Assembly: GCA_964508565.1 (NCBI GenBank)
Contig: CAZDUB010000005.1
Coordinates: forward strand, 9,756-73,755
Reading direction: 5' to 3'
DNA: 64,000 nt
Origin: an uncultured Elusimicrobia bacterium
GTDB taxonomy: Bacteria > Elusimicrobiota > Endomicrobiia > DTEH01
Shown: one piece after another, positions 15,001 through 29,300 of the stretch
How the letters are laid out: the number at the start of each line of letters is the position of its first letter
Position numbering within the stretch: position 1 is the first letter of the stretch
Made by a program: the position numbers and the translations under genes
Notes under the pieces: generated by a model
The model's input: the letters and a program-made list of their open reading frames with translations, nothing else
The model's database searches: none
What the model was told of the DNA's origin: nothing

Positions 15001-18000
15001 ACTGCCTACAATTTCAGGTACTGCAGAAGACCAACAACCTCAAGCTAACAGGTTAACCTCAGGAGTAAGAACCGTTGAACTTACAATACAAGATGTGACA
15101 GCTGGTGTTTTGGAGACAGATAAATACTGGACAGGAACTGACTGGACAGGAGTAACTCCTACAACATTTACGGCTGTATCATCTGATAATTTTGCAAACT
15201 GGTACTCTACTGCTGTACCTAATACTGCATGGAAGCAAGGACATAGGTATAAGATTACAATATGGTCTTATGACAAAGCGTTGCCTTTACCTGGTAATCA
15301 ACAAACACCTTTTGATGTCTACTTCAGATTTGATTCATCAGCACCTATTGTTGCGTTTACAAACATTACAAACAACTCGTTCTATAAAACTCTACCACAG
15401 ATTTCAGGTACAACTGTTGACCAACCACTTGCACCTCTCTATCGTTCAGGTGTAAACAGGACAGAAGTTTTAATAAAAGACAACATAACTGGCAACTTCT
15501 GGGATGGAACTTCTTGGCAGGCAACAGAACCTACTGACTGGCCAGATGCAAGTTATGTTTCTGGTTATGACCCACAATCAGTGGTTGATTGGTACTTTAA
15601 TACGCCACAGTTTGAAAGTGGTAAAGAGTACAATGTCTCTGCTAAGACAGTTGACAATGTGGATATTTATTCTTCTTCAATAACTTATGTTATAAGATAT
15701 GATACTCACTCACCAACCTCAGTTGTAACAAGGCCTGAGGAAGACAAAGGATACTCAACTGCTGACCCACTTATTACAATCTCTGGTACAACTTCTGATT
15801 ATATGCCATATGCAGGATTTAAATATTCAGGTGTGGCTTCTGGTGGTATAAAAATCTCTGTAAGGTTAGACGAACCGCCATATGATCCGGTCCTACCTTC
15901 AGGATTAGATAAATGGTGGGACTATACAACAAACAGCTGGGTGCCTTGTAAAGAAGTTTCAGCTGATCCGTCAGCAAAGTATGAATCAGACACACTTGGT
16001 ACTGTTGAGATTTATAATCAAGTTGAGAATGTCTATTATTGGAGAATTTCAGCACCAAGTTGGATTTCAGGAAAACGCTATGTGATTAGAGTATGGTCAC
16101 AAGATTTAGTTGGCAACAACATTGATCCAAATTATGCATGTGGTAAGTCAACAAGGGCATTTACAGTAGATATTCAACCGCCTGTTTCAAGACCAGTAAG
16201 GCCTCAAAATGGCGGGTTTTATAATGCTTCTACAAATAGGTTAACAACAATTTCAGGGACAGCAGTTGATGATTTACCAGATAATGTAAAACAAACAGAG
16301 ATAAGAATTTACTATCAAGATGGCAGCAACATATACTACTGGAACGGCTCTTTATGGCAACTTGGTATTTCAAGTTGGATTGTGTGTGCTAACTTAACTT
16401 CAGGTGGTACATGGTGGGCATATATTCCTGGAGTTTCTGGCAACGAGATTGCATGGGTTTCAGGAAAGACATATTATTTAAATACAAGAGCAACTGATAA
16501 AGCAAACAATGTTGAGGTAAACTTCTCAACGATCACATTCTATGTAGATACTGAAGCACCGGTTGTTTATATTGATAAACCACAACATTTAGCTGGATAT
16601 TCACCTGTAAATCCATTAAATAGGTTTGAAGGAAGATGTAATGACGACTTTACCGGTGTAAAGAGTGTGTTTGTTGCATTACAAGATTTATCAAATGGTA
16701 ACTGGTGGCAAGGTGGTGCTTCCTGGGGAACAAGTCAGGTATGGTTTGAACTAAATCATACAAATGGATACTTGTCTTCAGCTGCTACCTGGTGGTACTA
16801 TCCAGCGCCTACATTTACAAGTGGAAGAAACTACATGCTTGTAGGTAAAGCAGTTGATAACGCAGATAATGAGCAAACTGTCTTTACCGTAGGGCAGTCC
16901 TCAAATGTGTTCTCGTACGATGACCAACCACCAACTGCAGCAGTTACAACTCCTCAATATGACAAAGCTTATTCTTTAAACAAACCACTTACAACAATTT
17001 CAGGTACAGCTTATGACGACTTCAGCGGTGTTGTTGGAGTTAAAGCTAGAATTTGGTTCTTAGGAGATTCTTCTAATTGGAGTTTACCTGGAGGAACTTC
17101 ATATTATTGGACAGGTATAAGTTGGTCTTCACAATCTGTTTATGAACTTGCTTGCTCTTCTTTAACAGCAGATTGGTCGCAGTGGTATTATACAGCTTCT
17201 TTTGACTGGAAAAATGGCAAAGTCCATTACATAGATGTTCAAGCAGTTGATTTAGCACAAAACAAACAATCTTGGGGTAGTTCAACCACAAGGTTTAAGT
17301 ATGATACTACTGTGCCAAACATAACAATTGTTATACCACAAGCCGCATCATTCTGGGGGCCAGCAAACAACTTGCCTACACTTTCAGGTGTTGCAAATGA
17401 CGAGTTTAGTGGTATAAACCGTGTAGTTGTACAGATTAAGAATGAAACAGATATACTTTACTGGAACGGTTCTTCCTTTACACCACATACTACAAACTAT
17501 GTCTTAGCGACACTACTACAACCAGGTGCACTTTCAACAGAATGGCGTGTTTACTTCCCAACAGAATCCTGGATTACTGATAAGTATTATTCAGTAAAAG
17601 TAAAATCTGTGGATGAAGCAGAAAATTCTTCAAGTGAAGTTACAAATACATTTACACATGATTCTACTTTACCTAAGACAACACTTTATGTGCCATCAAA
17701 GAGGTTCTACAACTTCTTAACAATAATTTCAGGTACTGCTTGGGATGAAGGTCCAGCTGCACCTGCAAGGTCAAGGTTGAAAGAAGTACGGCTTGCAATA
17801 CAAAACGATCCAACTGTTAACAACTTATGGTGGGATGGTCAAACATTTAGTAAGACACAGCCAGAATGGTTGTTATGTTCAGGAGTTACTGAAGGGACTG
17901 ATTCTGACGACTTCTACTTCACAGGTTCAACACCAACCTGGCAAGATGGCAAGTCTTACTTAATACTTGTAAGAGCACAAGATAGGTCGCTAAATTATCA

Positions 18001-21000
18001 GTCGCCTGTGACTTCCTTTACATTTACATATGATATTACACCGCCAACGGTAAAGTTAAGAGTTCCACAGGAAGGAAGCGGATTTAGGTATTCATCTCTA
18101 CCCACTATTTCAGGTACATCTTCAGATAATGCTCCAGGTGAGGTAAGTATTGTGTATTTAAGAATTAGGGAAAATAGTGGATTGTTAAGATATTGGAACA
18201 ATAATACACAACAGTTTGACAGTGAATTACAACCAGAAAATGCATGGTTTGTCGCAATAACAACTGCGACTCCAGAATGGTCTGTTTGGTTTACAACATT
18301 TACAAATTTACCTTGGCAGGATGGTATAGATTATATTGTTGAAGCAAAAGTTTATGATAAAGCAGGCAACCTCTGTGTAAACTATTCAACTTCTGTGTTC
18401 ACTTACGATATCACACCACCGCAGTCAGTTGTAAACTTACCTACAAATAACTTCTATAATCATCTTTCTGTGATATCAGGGACAGCAAAAGAGTTTGCAG
18501 GTGGAACAGTTTCAGATGTAAAAGTTTTTGTTAAGAGATTAACAGATAATAGATGGTGGGCAACATCTGGGAACTGGCTTACAACAGAAACGCCTTTACC
18601 AAACACACTGCTTGTTCAGATAGGAGCTGATACCTGGAGATGGGAAAGAACAGATACAGAACTTTCAAGTTATTTAACCTCAGGCACATCTTATTATGTT
18701 TATACATTTGCAAGAGATAACGCAATACCTGTAAATCAAGAATCAATACCTGGAGCTGGACCAAAAACATTTGTTTGGGATGTAACAGCACCGACATCAA
18801 CTGTAATATATCCACAAGATGGCGGTGCCTATAGAACAGCAACACTTACAACAATCTCAGGTACACAACAAGATGTTTCGCCGTTTGCAGGTGCGTTAGT
18901 TGCTGGTGTTCCAGCAGTAGCTGGTGCGGTAAAAGTTTCAATACAAGATTTGACATATCCATCAACATACTGGTCTTCTATTTTGAATCAATGGGTTGAA
19001 GGTGTAGTATGGAATGACGCAGTTGTGTACCCATCAAGCTGGGTATTTAATGTATCAAATGTTAGCTTTATAAGTGGCAGATACTACAAGATTCGTTCAA
19101 AAGCAATAGATGCGGCATTACCTTCAGGAAATGACCAAGAGACACAATTCCCACAAGCAGGCTACACAATATTGTTTGATACACATCCACCAGTTGTTTC
19201 AGTTACATATCCTGCAAATGACTCTGTTGTGAACTTTATCCCAACTATAACTGGTACGGCTTCAGATTCACCTACAACCAGCTCAGGAATTGATAAAGTT
19301 CTTGTTGCAATAAGAGAAATTGAACCTGTGGGTCTATGGTGGGACCCAGCAACTTCTTCGTTTACCTCCTCTACACCCAAGTACTCTACTGCAACTTGGA
19401 TTCAAGGGCCACCAGCAAGGTGGGAGTGGCAAGATTCTGGTATTAAATTGAGGGATGGTTATAAGTATTATGTACAATGTTATGCAAGAGATAAAGCTGG
19501 AAATGAAAGCGGTGTTTCTACACCACTCTTGTTCAGATACGACATTTCAGCACCACAAGTGGTGATAACTTTACCATCCAAAGCATGGTATAATTCACTT
19601 TTAACAGTTTCTGGTACAGCAGCTGATTATGGTTATTCTGAAGCAGGAGTCACAGAGGTTCTTGTTACTTTCCAAAAGAACCCGCCAGCTGGATTGTGGT
19701 GGGATGGCGTAACATTTAGTAAGGGTACAATTGATGAAGCTGTCTGGATAAGCTGCGATATATCATCGCTACCAGAATGGAAGTTAACCTCTTTACCTGC
19801 TTGGGAGAATGCTGTTACATACAAAGTTGTGGCAAAAGCAAAAGATAAAGCGGGTAACTTTAGTGAAATTTATGAAAGGATATTTACATTTGACAATATC
19901 CCACCAACTTCAGCTGTTACAAAACCAGAAAGTGGCAACTACTATAGCAGTATTTCAGAAATTTCAGGTACTTGTTTTGATGCAAACAGTGGTGTTGAAA
20001 AAGTTGAGATACGACTTGTTGAGAAGGATGTTTTAACAGGGAACATCACTCGTTGCTGGTATGGTTCTTTAGGTTGGCAGATAACAGATATTTCAAGTTG
20101 GGTTGTTGTAAACAATGTATGGCAGTCATCCTGGAGTTATACTGTGCCAATTATTTACACTTCAGGAAGAAAATATGAGATAACCTCTCGTGCTTGGGAT
20201 GTAGCTGGTTCTTCAGAGACAACTTCAGAGATACCTTCTTATGATGTTTGGTTTATATACGATGCAGAGAAACCTAACTCTCAAGTTAAACTACCAGAAG
20301 ATAATAAGTATTACTGGAACTTATCTACAATTTCAGGTACAGCAAAGGATAATCCTAATGAACCACCGGTTGGTGCTGGCATACAAAAAGTTGAGGTTGC
20401 AATACAAAAACTTACAGGGACAAACGCAGGAAAATGGTGGGATGGTGCTTCGTTTAGTTTAGATACTCCAAAGTGGGACGCTTTGGTTGTCTCAGGTTCT
20501 ACGACATGGACTGCGACATTTAATAACAATGTCTGGGAAGATGGTATAAGGTATCTTGTTGTTTCAAGAGCAACTGATAAATCTCAACCAGCGAATGTAG
20601 AAAACACATTTACTGTTTCAGTAAACTCGGTTACATTTATCTGTGATAAGTCAACACCTACAAGCAGTATCACATGGCCAACTAACCTTTTAGTTACAAA
20701 CTCCATTACTACAATTTCAGGGACTTCACAAGATCCCATTGTGGGAGGTAGTGCAAGTGGTGTAAGAAATACAGAGATTTCAATTCAGTGTATAGCACCA
20801 ACAACTGGTTGGTACAATGGTGTTGACTTTAGTAGTACATCACAACAATGGTTTAACACAACCTCGCTTTCACCTTCAAACACATCATGGGTCTATACAG
20901 GCTTTGCTTCTGCTTTAGTTTCACACTCAACTTATGTTGTATATAGTCGTAGTTTTGACAATGCATTACCTTTGCCTGGAAATTATGAAACAGTTTATTC

Positions 21001-23335
21001 TTCAAGGACATTCGTTTATGATATAACAAAACCAACATCTGTTATAAACTTGCCATCACTTTCTTACTATACAGACAATCCAGCTGCTTCACCAATGATG
21101 CAGCTTCCTTTAATTACAGGCACAGCATTTGATCAGTTTGGTATATCAAAAGTAGAAGTATTAATAAGGGACCTAACTTCAGGTTCAACTTATTGGACAG
21201 GAAATTCTTGGGTTGACTATGAGCCTTCTGACTGGCCAGATGCCGCTGGTACAGAGTTGTGGCAGTTTACTTCAACACCGACTTGGGAGTCTGGAAGACA
21301 GTATAGGATTTATTCAAAAGCAAGAGATGTTGCAGGAAATATTGAATCTCGTGGTCCTGCTACAGCTTCTGTTTATGATAGAACATTTATCTTTGACAAC
21401 ACACCACCTGTTTCAAGGATAACATATCCTGAGGATGGTAAGTATTACATATCGCCAACTGTAATTTCAGGGACTGCAGATGATGTTTTAGCTCCTACAG
21501 GTCCGAATAAGTCAGGAATACTTTATGTGAAAGTTATTATAAAACGACTTGATACAAACCAGTACTGGGATGGTTCTGCATGGAGTGGAAATGTTACAGA
21601 ACTTGATACAGTATGGGTTGAAGGAGAAAAAAGATGGTATAGAAACACAGGACTTCCAACATGGGAAGACGGTGTACAATATCAGATACAATGCAGAGCA
21701 TATGATAAAGCAACTAATCCAGAGCCAGAGCCACTACATCCAGGTTCAACCTGGAGATGTGATAAGACAGCGCCACAAGTTTATTTACAAACACCGCTTC
21801 ATAGTTTAACGATGCCACCTGATAAATACTATAGACTCCTTCCAACAATTTCAGGTACTGCGTATGATGCAAATCCTTTAGCCAAAGTTGAAGTAAGGAT
21901 TTGGAGTTATATTGATGGTGGTTTCTGGGATGGAAGCGGTTGGAATATGGGATTACCTCAAGAGAATGCTTGGTTTGTTGTGTCTTCTGCCACACCGCCG
22001 TCTGACTGGACAGTGTGGTATACCACCTTTACTGCTTGGCAGTCAGGATATGTATACAGAGTTGAAGCAAGGTCTTGGGATTCTGCAGGGAATTATTCAA
22101 CAGTTTATTCAACAGCAATATTTAGATATGATACAACTAAACCAGAATCTTATGTTTCATTCCCGCCAAATAGAGCATTTATCGGTGCATTGTCAACAAT
22201 ACAAGGTACAGCAAAAGATTTACCAGAGCCTTCTGGCTCATATTATGGTAATTCTGGGCTTTATAATGTAAGAATTGCTGTAAGAAATAATAAAACAGGT
22301 TATTGGTGGTCAGGAACTGGCTTTACAGCAAACTCTTTAACAGAACGACCTGTAAATGGTCTTTCAAACTGGACATTTGACGAGATAAACTCTGCATCAT
22401 TAGAATCAGGTACTTCTTATTATATTACAACTCGTGCTGAAGACAATGCTGGTAACAGAGAAGATTGGTTCAACATTAGAAGCTCAACGTTTGTGTTTGA
22501 CAACACACCACCGGTTTCAAAAATAGAGTTTCCACAAAATAACGCTGCATATAATACACCATTTACTATACTGTCAGGAACTTCAGTTGATGCAACAGCT
22601 GGTGTAGGTAAAGTTGAGATTTCTATACAGAACCTTACAGATTCTGGTACACCATATTGGAACCATGATTCAAATATATGGGAAGCAAACGCGCCTGTTG
22701 AAAGATGGATTACAATCTCAACTTCAGGTGTTGGTGGTGAAGTTGTAAGATGGATATATCAAAACGCATCAATCTACTGGGCTGATGGTAGAATTTATAG
22801 AGTGCGTGTGCGTGGTTATGACAATGTTTCAATACCAACTGCCAATGTTGAACAAGATCCATTTATATCTTCCCACACATTTATATACGATACAACAAAA
22901 CCGACCTCAACAGTAGTTCAGGTTCGTGTTGCAGGTGAATGGAAGAATATTGAAGAATTGTATTTTGAAAATGTTGAATACATTGGTGGTTCAGCAGTAG
23001 ATAATTTGAATCCTTTAAACAACAGTGGTATTGTACCAAACAGCGGTGTAAAGATTTGTCTGATAAGGGATGAAAACGAAAATGAAGTTATAGATACAGA
23101 TGGTTCCGATTTAATTTACGACTTTGTAAGTTCAACCTGGACAGCTTATTATGGTACAGTTGGTAGCAACAACTGGGGTGTCTGCAGTGGTGGTGAACCT
23201 TCATGGCAGTCACCTGCATTTACAACATCTACCTGGAAGTCAGGAAAACTTTATTTTGTAAGGTCGCAAGCAACAGATAGAGCAGGTAATACACAGGATT
23301 ATGATGTCTCCAACTGGAAGAGATTCTATGTTACA
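2..23335 (+). repeat. Type-A array: ~62 tandem Trp-rich Ig-like modules (~125 aa, ~375 nt period) within the giant CDS
   Basis: I counted 62 occurrences of the I/V-S/T-G-T-A-x-D-type motif (ISGTAND, ISGTAYD, VSGTAVD, ITGTAAD and so on). Consensus by eye: F.yD.t.P.s.i..P......y..l..ISGTA.D..SGv..V.v.i......yW.G..W......W.y.....W..G..Y.v..rA.D.AGN.e. A nucleotide core ACAATTTCAGGTAC recurs, for example at 821, 13541, 13901, 15008, 16994 and 21845. The N-terminal half of the module resembles bacterial Ig domains of the Big_7 type; this family assignment is from memory and has not been searched. Confidence 0.8.
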
Positions 23336-26300
23336 CTACCTGCGAACTCGTTTGTTTTAATACCACAGTTTACTACTGTCGTAGCTGGGACAAAGATACA
23401 GATTACTGTTAAAGCTGCGGATGTAAACGGTGATACTGCAAAGAATTACACTGGAAGAATAAGGTTTACAGTTGATGGTTTGTATCCATCAGGAGCAGGA
23501 CCTGAGTATAAATGGACAAACAGAGCATATCAAGCAGAAGAAGGTTGGTTACCTGATGACTATACATTTACACTTGCAGATAAAGGTGTAAAGACATTCT
23601 ATACAGTACTTGTTGATTCAGAAGCGGTTAATCTTGTCAAAGCAGGTGTAAGAACAATAAGAGTAACTGATATTCCAGGTGATGGTATAGGAAGAGACAA
23701 TATTACAGGTGCTACAACAATTACTGTTGTTCCTGCAGCACCTGAGAAACTAAGAGTGGTTGTTCCTGGTGTATCAAGAGCGGCTGGTGTTGTTGGAGGA
23801 CTTAGCGGTCTTCCTGCAATACAAACTGCAGGTGTATCGTTTGATGTAAAAGTTGATGCTTGTGATAGATACTGGAATGTTGTACCATCAACATCAACAA
23901 ATGTAAGGTTAAATGTTACTGCAGGTTCTGATCCTTACACAACATCACTTCCGCAGCAAAAACAACTTCTTGACGGTTCGGGTTTGCCTCAGGGGACAAC
24001 TACATTTACAATATTCTTTGTACAAAGAGGGAATCAGTGGTTAAGAGCAGAAGATATTGGTAACACAGGCTTCTTATCACATACAATACCACAACCTGTC
24101 CCTGTGAACCCAGCTACTGCAGTAAAACTTCAGGTTATATTACCCGGTGAAACAGCAGAATGGGGTAAACCTCCATATGATACACCAGCAGGTGGTAAGT
24201 TAGGTACACCTACAACACAAATTGCAGGACAAGCTTTTGCAGTACAAGTTAACGCTTGCGATTATTACTGGAACAGAAACGATGCTGTAAACCCAACAGT
24301 AAAACTTGTCACATCTGACAAATACGATGTTGAACCATCAACTTTAACCTTAGTAAACGGTACAACTACATTCTTTGTAACATTGGTTACAGCAGCGTCT
24401 TACTATGCTGAGCTTGGTAGAATGCTTACAGGAACAACTCATTACATATATGCTAATGTCTATGAAGGTATAAACTTATCCACTGGAGTATCCTCAGGTG
24501 TAGTTGTTTTACCTGCAGCTGCTGAAAAGTTGTTAGTAGTTGTACCTGGTGAGATTCCGGAACCTGGTTCTTCAACTGGTAAAGTTGGCATACCTGCTAC
24601 ATTTATAGCTGGTACTACATACTATATTGATGTGTATTTAGTTGACCAATACTTCAATGTACACTCAACTGCAACACAGCCAGTAGTTTCATTAGACATA
24701 TCTCCTTATCCAAATCCAGCAACTTCTATTGAACAAAATCCAGCTGAAGCACAGCTTGTTGAAGGCTACAGACAATTTGCAGTTAACTTCAAAGTTGCAA
24801 CTGGACAGACAAATGGCCCATCACAAAGAAATATTGTAGCAACTGATACAGGAGGTTCAGGGACAAGTTATACTGGATATACCACAACAGCATTGTATGT
24901 TTCACCTGATGTTATCTCTAAATTACAACTAATCGTTCCTGGTGAAACTGTACAACCAGGTATTCCTGAAGGAAAAACTGGTACTCCTACGCCGAGAACA
25001 GCTGGAGTGCCGTTTAATGTAACAGTAAGGTCCTGTGATAGGTTCTGGAACCACAATACAGCAGGAACTATGGAGGTTAAACTTCTAACCTCGGATCCTT
25101 ATGATACAGAACCAGTATTCAATTTAGTTTCAGGACAAAAGATACAGTCGTTGACACTACGTCGTGCAAGACCTACAGGTAATACACTTGACAATGTATA
25201 TGTAGATATTACAGCAGTTGAAACATCCACTACACCAGTTACTTCATCTCATACAGTTTCAGGTATACTTGTTAATCCAAACAATGCAACAAGACTACAA
25301 CTTATACTACCTGGTGAAACTGCAGAACCTGGCCATCCGGAAGGTAAAATAGGTACTATTTCACCAATTACAGCTGGTACACCGTTTACGGTAGTAGTAA
25401 ACTTAGTTGACAACTGGTGGAACAGAGTTGCGTTAGATGAGCCAACTGTAAGAATACAAACACCAAACGATCCTTATGATGTTGAACCTTCAACACAGAC
25501 ACTTCAAGCAGGTCAGTATGTATTTACAAACGCTGTAGCAATAGTTCGTGCTGGAACACATACTATAACTGTTGAAGATGTGGATGGAGTAGCACCACTT
25601 TATATCTCAACAACTTCAAAGAGTTTTTATGTTCCACCAAGAGCAGCATCACAACTACAAGTGCTTGTTCCTAATCAACAAAATGTTGCAGGAAACTGGG
25701 TTGGTTCTCCAAATGGGCAGGCACCTTATGGTAAAAACACAGCTGTTACTCAAACACAAACTGCTGGAGTACCGTTTACAGTTACTGTGAATGCATGTGA
25801 TACATATTGGAACATTACAACAACAAACACTGTCGTCTGGATACAAGTGATGAAGACAGCAGCAGAGATTGATCCGTATGCTGAAGTAGAACCTGGATCT
25901 GTTAACTTAATTAATACAGCAACATTTACAGTTGTTGTAAAAACAGCACAGACAAGAAGAATAAAAGTTACAGATGGTGATGCAGGACTTCTTGACCAAC
26001 TTGGTGAAGTTTTCAATGTACAACCAGCAGCACCTTCAAAGATATTTGTATTACTGCCCGGGGAGGCAGCAGAGCCTGGTTCGCCTACTGGCAAAACAGG
26101 TACACCTTTAATACAAGAAGCAGGTTATTCGTTTATACCAACAGTTCGTCTCGTAGATAACTACTTTAACCCAACAGCAGCTTCACAGGATATCACAGTA
26201 AGGTTGACAACGGAAGATCCTTATGATAGTTATACATATGGAAGTTATATTGATTGTATGATACCTACAAACAACACAGATGCTACACTTTCGGAATATC

Positions 26301-29300
26301 CAACACTTATAACAGCAACAACAATTGGTTGGAGAATCACTGCTGATGATATCTCACCCAATATTTATGAAACATATGTTACAGAAGGAGTGAAAGTAAA
26401 GCCAAGAAGAGACGAGGCGGGTTATGAAAGAAAACTTTTAGTTACTCTGCCAGGTGAAATTTCAGTCTGGGGTAAGCCACCATATAACACAAATACTGGT
26501 GGTAAGTCAGGTGCACCACAGGTAGTAACTGCTGGATTAACCTTCTCTGTAACAGTTTATGCATGTGATTACTACTGGAATAGAATTGATGATACATTAT
26601 TTAACATATCTCCACCTGAAGGAAATCCTGTAGTACAAATTGTAACTTCAGATCCTTATGACACAGAACCTTCAGCTGAACAGTTAGTTGATGGAAGAAA
26701 GATCTTTAACATCACATTGGTAAAAGCAGGAACATTTACAATCACAGCATCTGACATTGACGGCGTTGGAATTTATTATCAGCCCTACACAACGGTTATA
26801 TCAACTTGCCAGCCAAATGTTGCAGTGAAACTCTTAGCTGTTCTTCCTGGTGAAACTTATGTCCCAGGTTCTGCTACAGGTAAGACAGGAACACCGCAAG
26901 TGTTTACAGCAGGAGTACCATTTAATATAACTGTATACGGTTGTGATGCTTACTGGAACTTACAACCTAACGCAGTTGCGCTAATAAGAATCACTGATTC
27001 TGATATTTACAACTCAACACCTGCTGCAACTTCATTAGTCAACGGACAAGCAATAATACAACATACATTTGTCACAGCAGCTACACATTATATCCTTGTT
27101 GAAGATATTGACGACAGCCCGCTTGCAAGCTATACAGTTGCTGTTGTTACTGTTACAGCTAATGCACCTACAAAACTACTTGCGGTTCTTCCTGGTGAAA
27201 CATACAAACCTGGGAAATATAATATACTGCCTTATGGTAAAGATGGGACACCTACAACACAGACAGCTGGTGTTTCATTTGATGTAACGGTTTATGCTAC
27301 TGATGACTACTACAACAGAACTTCAACATTTGTAGCTGTTTGGATAAACACACAAGATCCATACGATGTTGAACCTTCAACACAAAACTTACTTGCAGGC
27401 ACAACTGTATTTAAGTTAACATTTGTTTCAGCAACAGATTCTTTGAACTGGAACAATGTTGGTTGGAACATAGCAGTTACAGCAAATACGAATTTACAAA
27501 CTTATACTTCAGCTAATATACCTGTTGTTCCGAATTCGTCAACATTGAATGATAGAATACAGGTATTACTACCTGATGAAGTTGCACGACCTGGTAAACC
27601 ACCATATACTGACTCAACTGGTGGTAAGGAAGGAACAGTACAGAATACCACAGCAGGTAGTGATGTTCTTGCAAGAATTTATATCACAGATTACTACTGG
27701 AACAGAAGGACTGATAATGTAACAAATATTAACCTGTCCTGTGTTGGTTTCCAGGACTATGAAGGAGATGGTAAAACACCTAAGTTTGTAACTTTAACAA
27801 ACGGTACATCTGAATATTATCTTGTGTTCCACACTACAGGTAGCTGGAATATAAATGCCACACATAGTGATTATTTAAGTTATAACAGCTCAGTTATAAA
27901 TGTAGCTCCTGCTGCTGCAAAGAAACTTTTGGTCGTACTGCCTGGACAAGAGATATCGCCACTTAAACAAGAAGGAAGAAAAGGTACACCACAAAATGCA
28001 ACTGCTGGCGTAGGATACAATGTTAAAGTTTATGCATGTGATGAATACTTCAACTATCAACCAGTAGAAGTTGCATCCTCAACAGTTCGCCTTACAACTT
28101 CAGACCAGTTTGACCAGGAACCTTCAAACCTTGTTTTGCAAAACGGTACAACTGTATTTACTATTATACCGGTAACCGCTGGGACACAGACAGTAACTGT
28201 AACTGACCTGACTTCACCAATTATGGTTCCAAATACTTCTTCAATATTTACAGTTGTACCAAACAGTGCAGCAAGGTTGTTAGTATTAGTTCCAGGTGAA
28301 ACGATATTGCCTGGTTCACTAACTGGTAAACAAGGAATACCTGTTATACAAACAGCAGGTGTTGCTTTTGGTTGTACAGTCTATGCAACAGATTTGTACT
28401 TCAACCCAACAACTGACAGAACTGACTGGGTAAGAATTGATACTTCGGATAAATGGGACATACATCCTTCAACACAACAACTTGTAAACGGAACAACAGT
28501 TTTCTTTGTTACATTTGTCACAGCAGGCGAGCAACAACTTTATGCAGTTGACACTGATGCTCCATATTTACAAACATCTACAAGTTCAGTTATAACAGTC
28601 CAACCAAAGACAGATGTTTTATCTGAACTTAAACTCCACATAATAGTACCAGGTGAGACATACGAACCTGGCAAATGGGAAAATGGTGTAAATCCTGTGC
28701 CTTATGGTAAGATAGGTTCACCTACACCACAAGTTGCTGGAAACAACTTTACAGTAGATGTTTATCTTGTAGATAAATTCTACAACAGGGTGTACTCAGG
28801 AGTACCAATGCCATGGGTACAATTGGTTAAAGTTGGAGATTACGATCCATACGCAATCTATCCTTCATCACAGCAGTTAATAAATGGTGCAACAACATTT
28901 GTGCTACAATTTAGAACTTCAGGTTGGGGACTAGTTCCTTCAAGTTGGACAATTACAGCAAGAGATATTGATGGTACAGAACCAGCATATCCTGACGCTG
29001 TATCGCCAAGAATAGTTGTGCAACCAAACATTGCAAAGAAACTGCAAATAATACTGCCAGGTGAAACATGGGTGCCTGGTTCAAATGAAGGTAAGACAGG
29101 TACACCTGAAGTTTGGGTTGCTGATTCAACAAGAACAATCACAGTACAAGTATGTGATGACTACTGGAATGTTACAAATACGAATATTACTGCTTTACTT
29201 ACAACTGAAGATCCGTTTGACACACCAGATCCGCAATCGTTGGGTATAACAAACGGAAGAATCTATGTTGACAGAAACTTAGTTACAGCAACAACTGATG

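Noticed and set aside
821-23000. A regularly spaced short nucleotide repeat (ACAATTTCAGGTAC...) that might suggest a CRISPR-like or other non-coding array
   Set aside because: The period is ~375 nt and variable. The motif is in frame (T-I-S-G-T) within a continuous ORF, and the intervening 'spacers' are homologous protein modules. It is not a CRISPR array.
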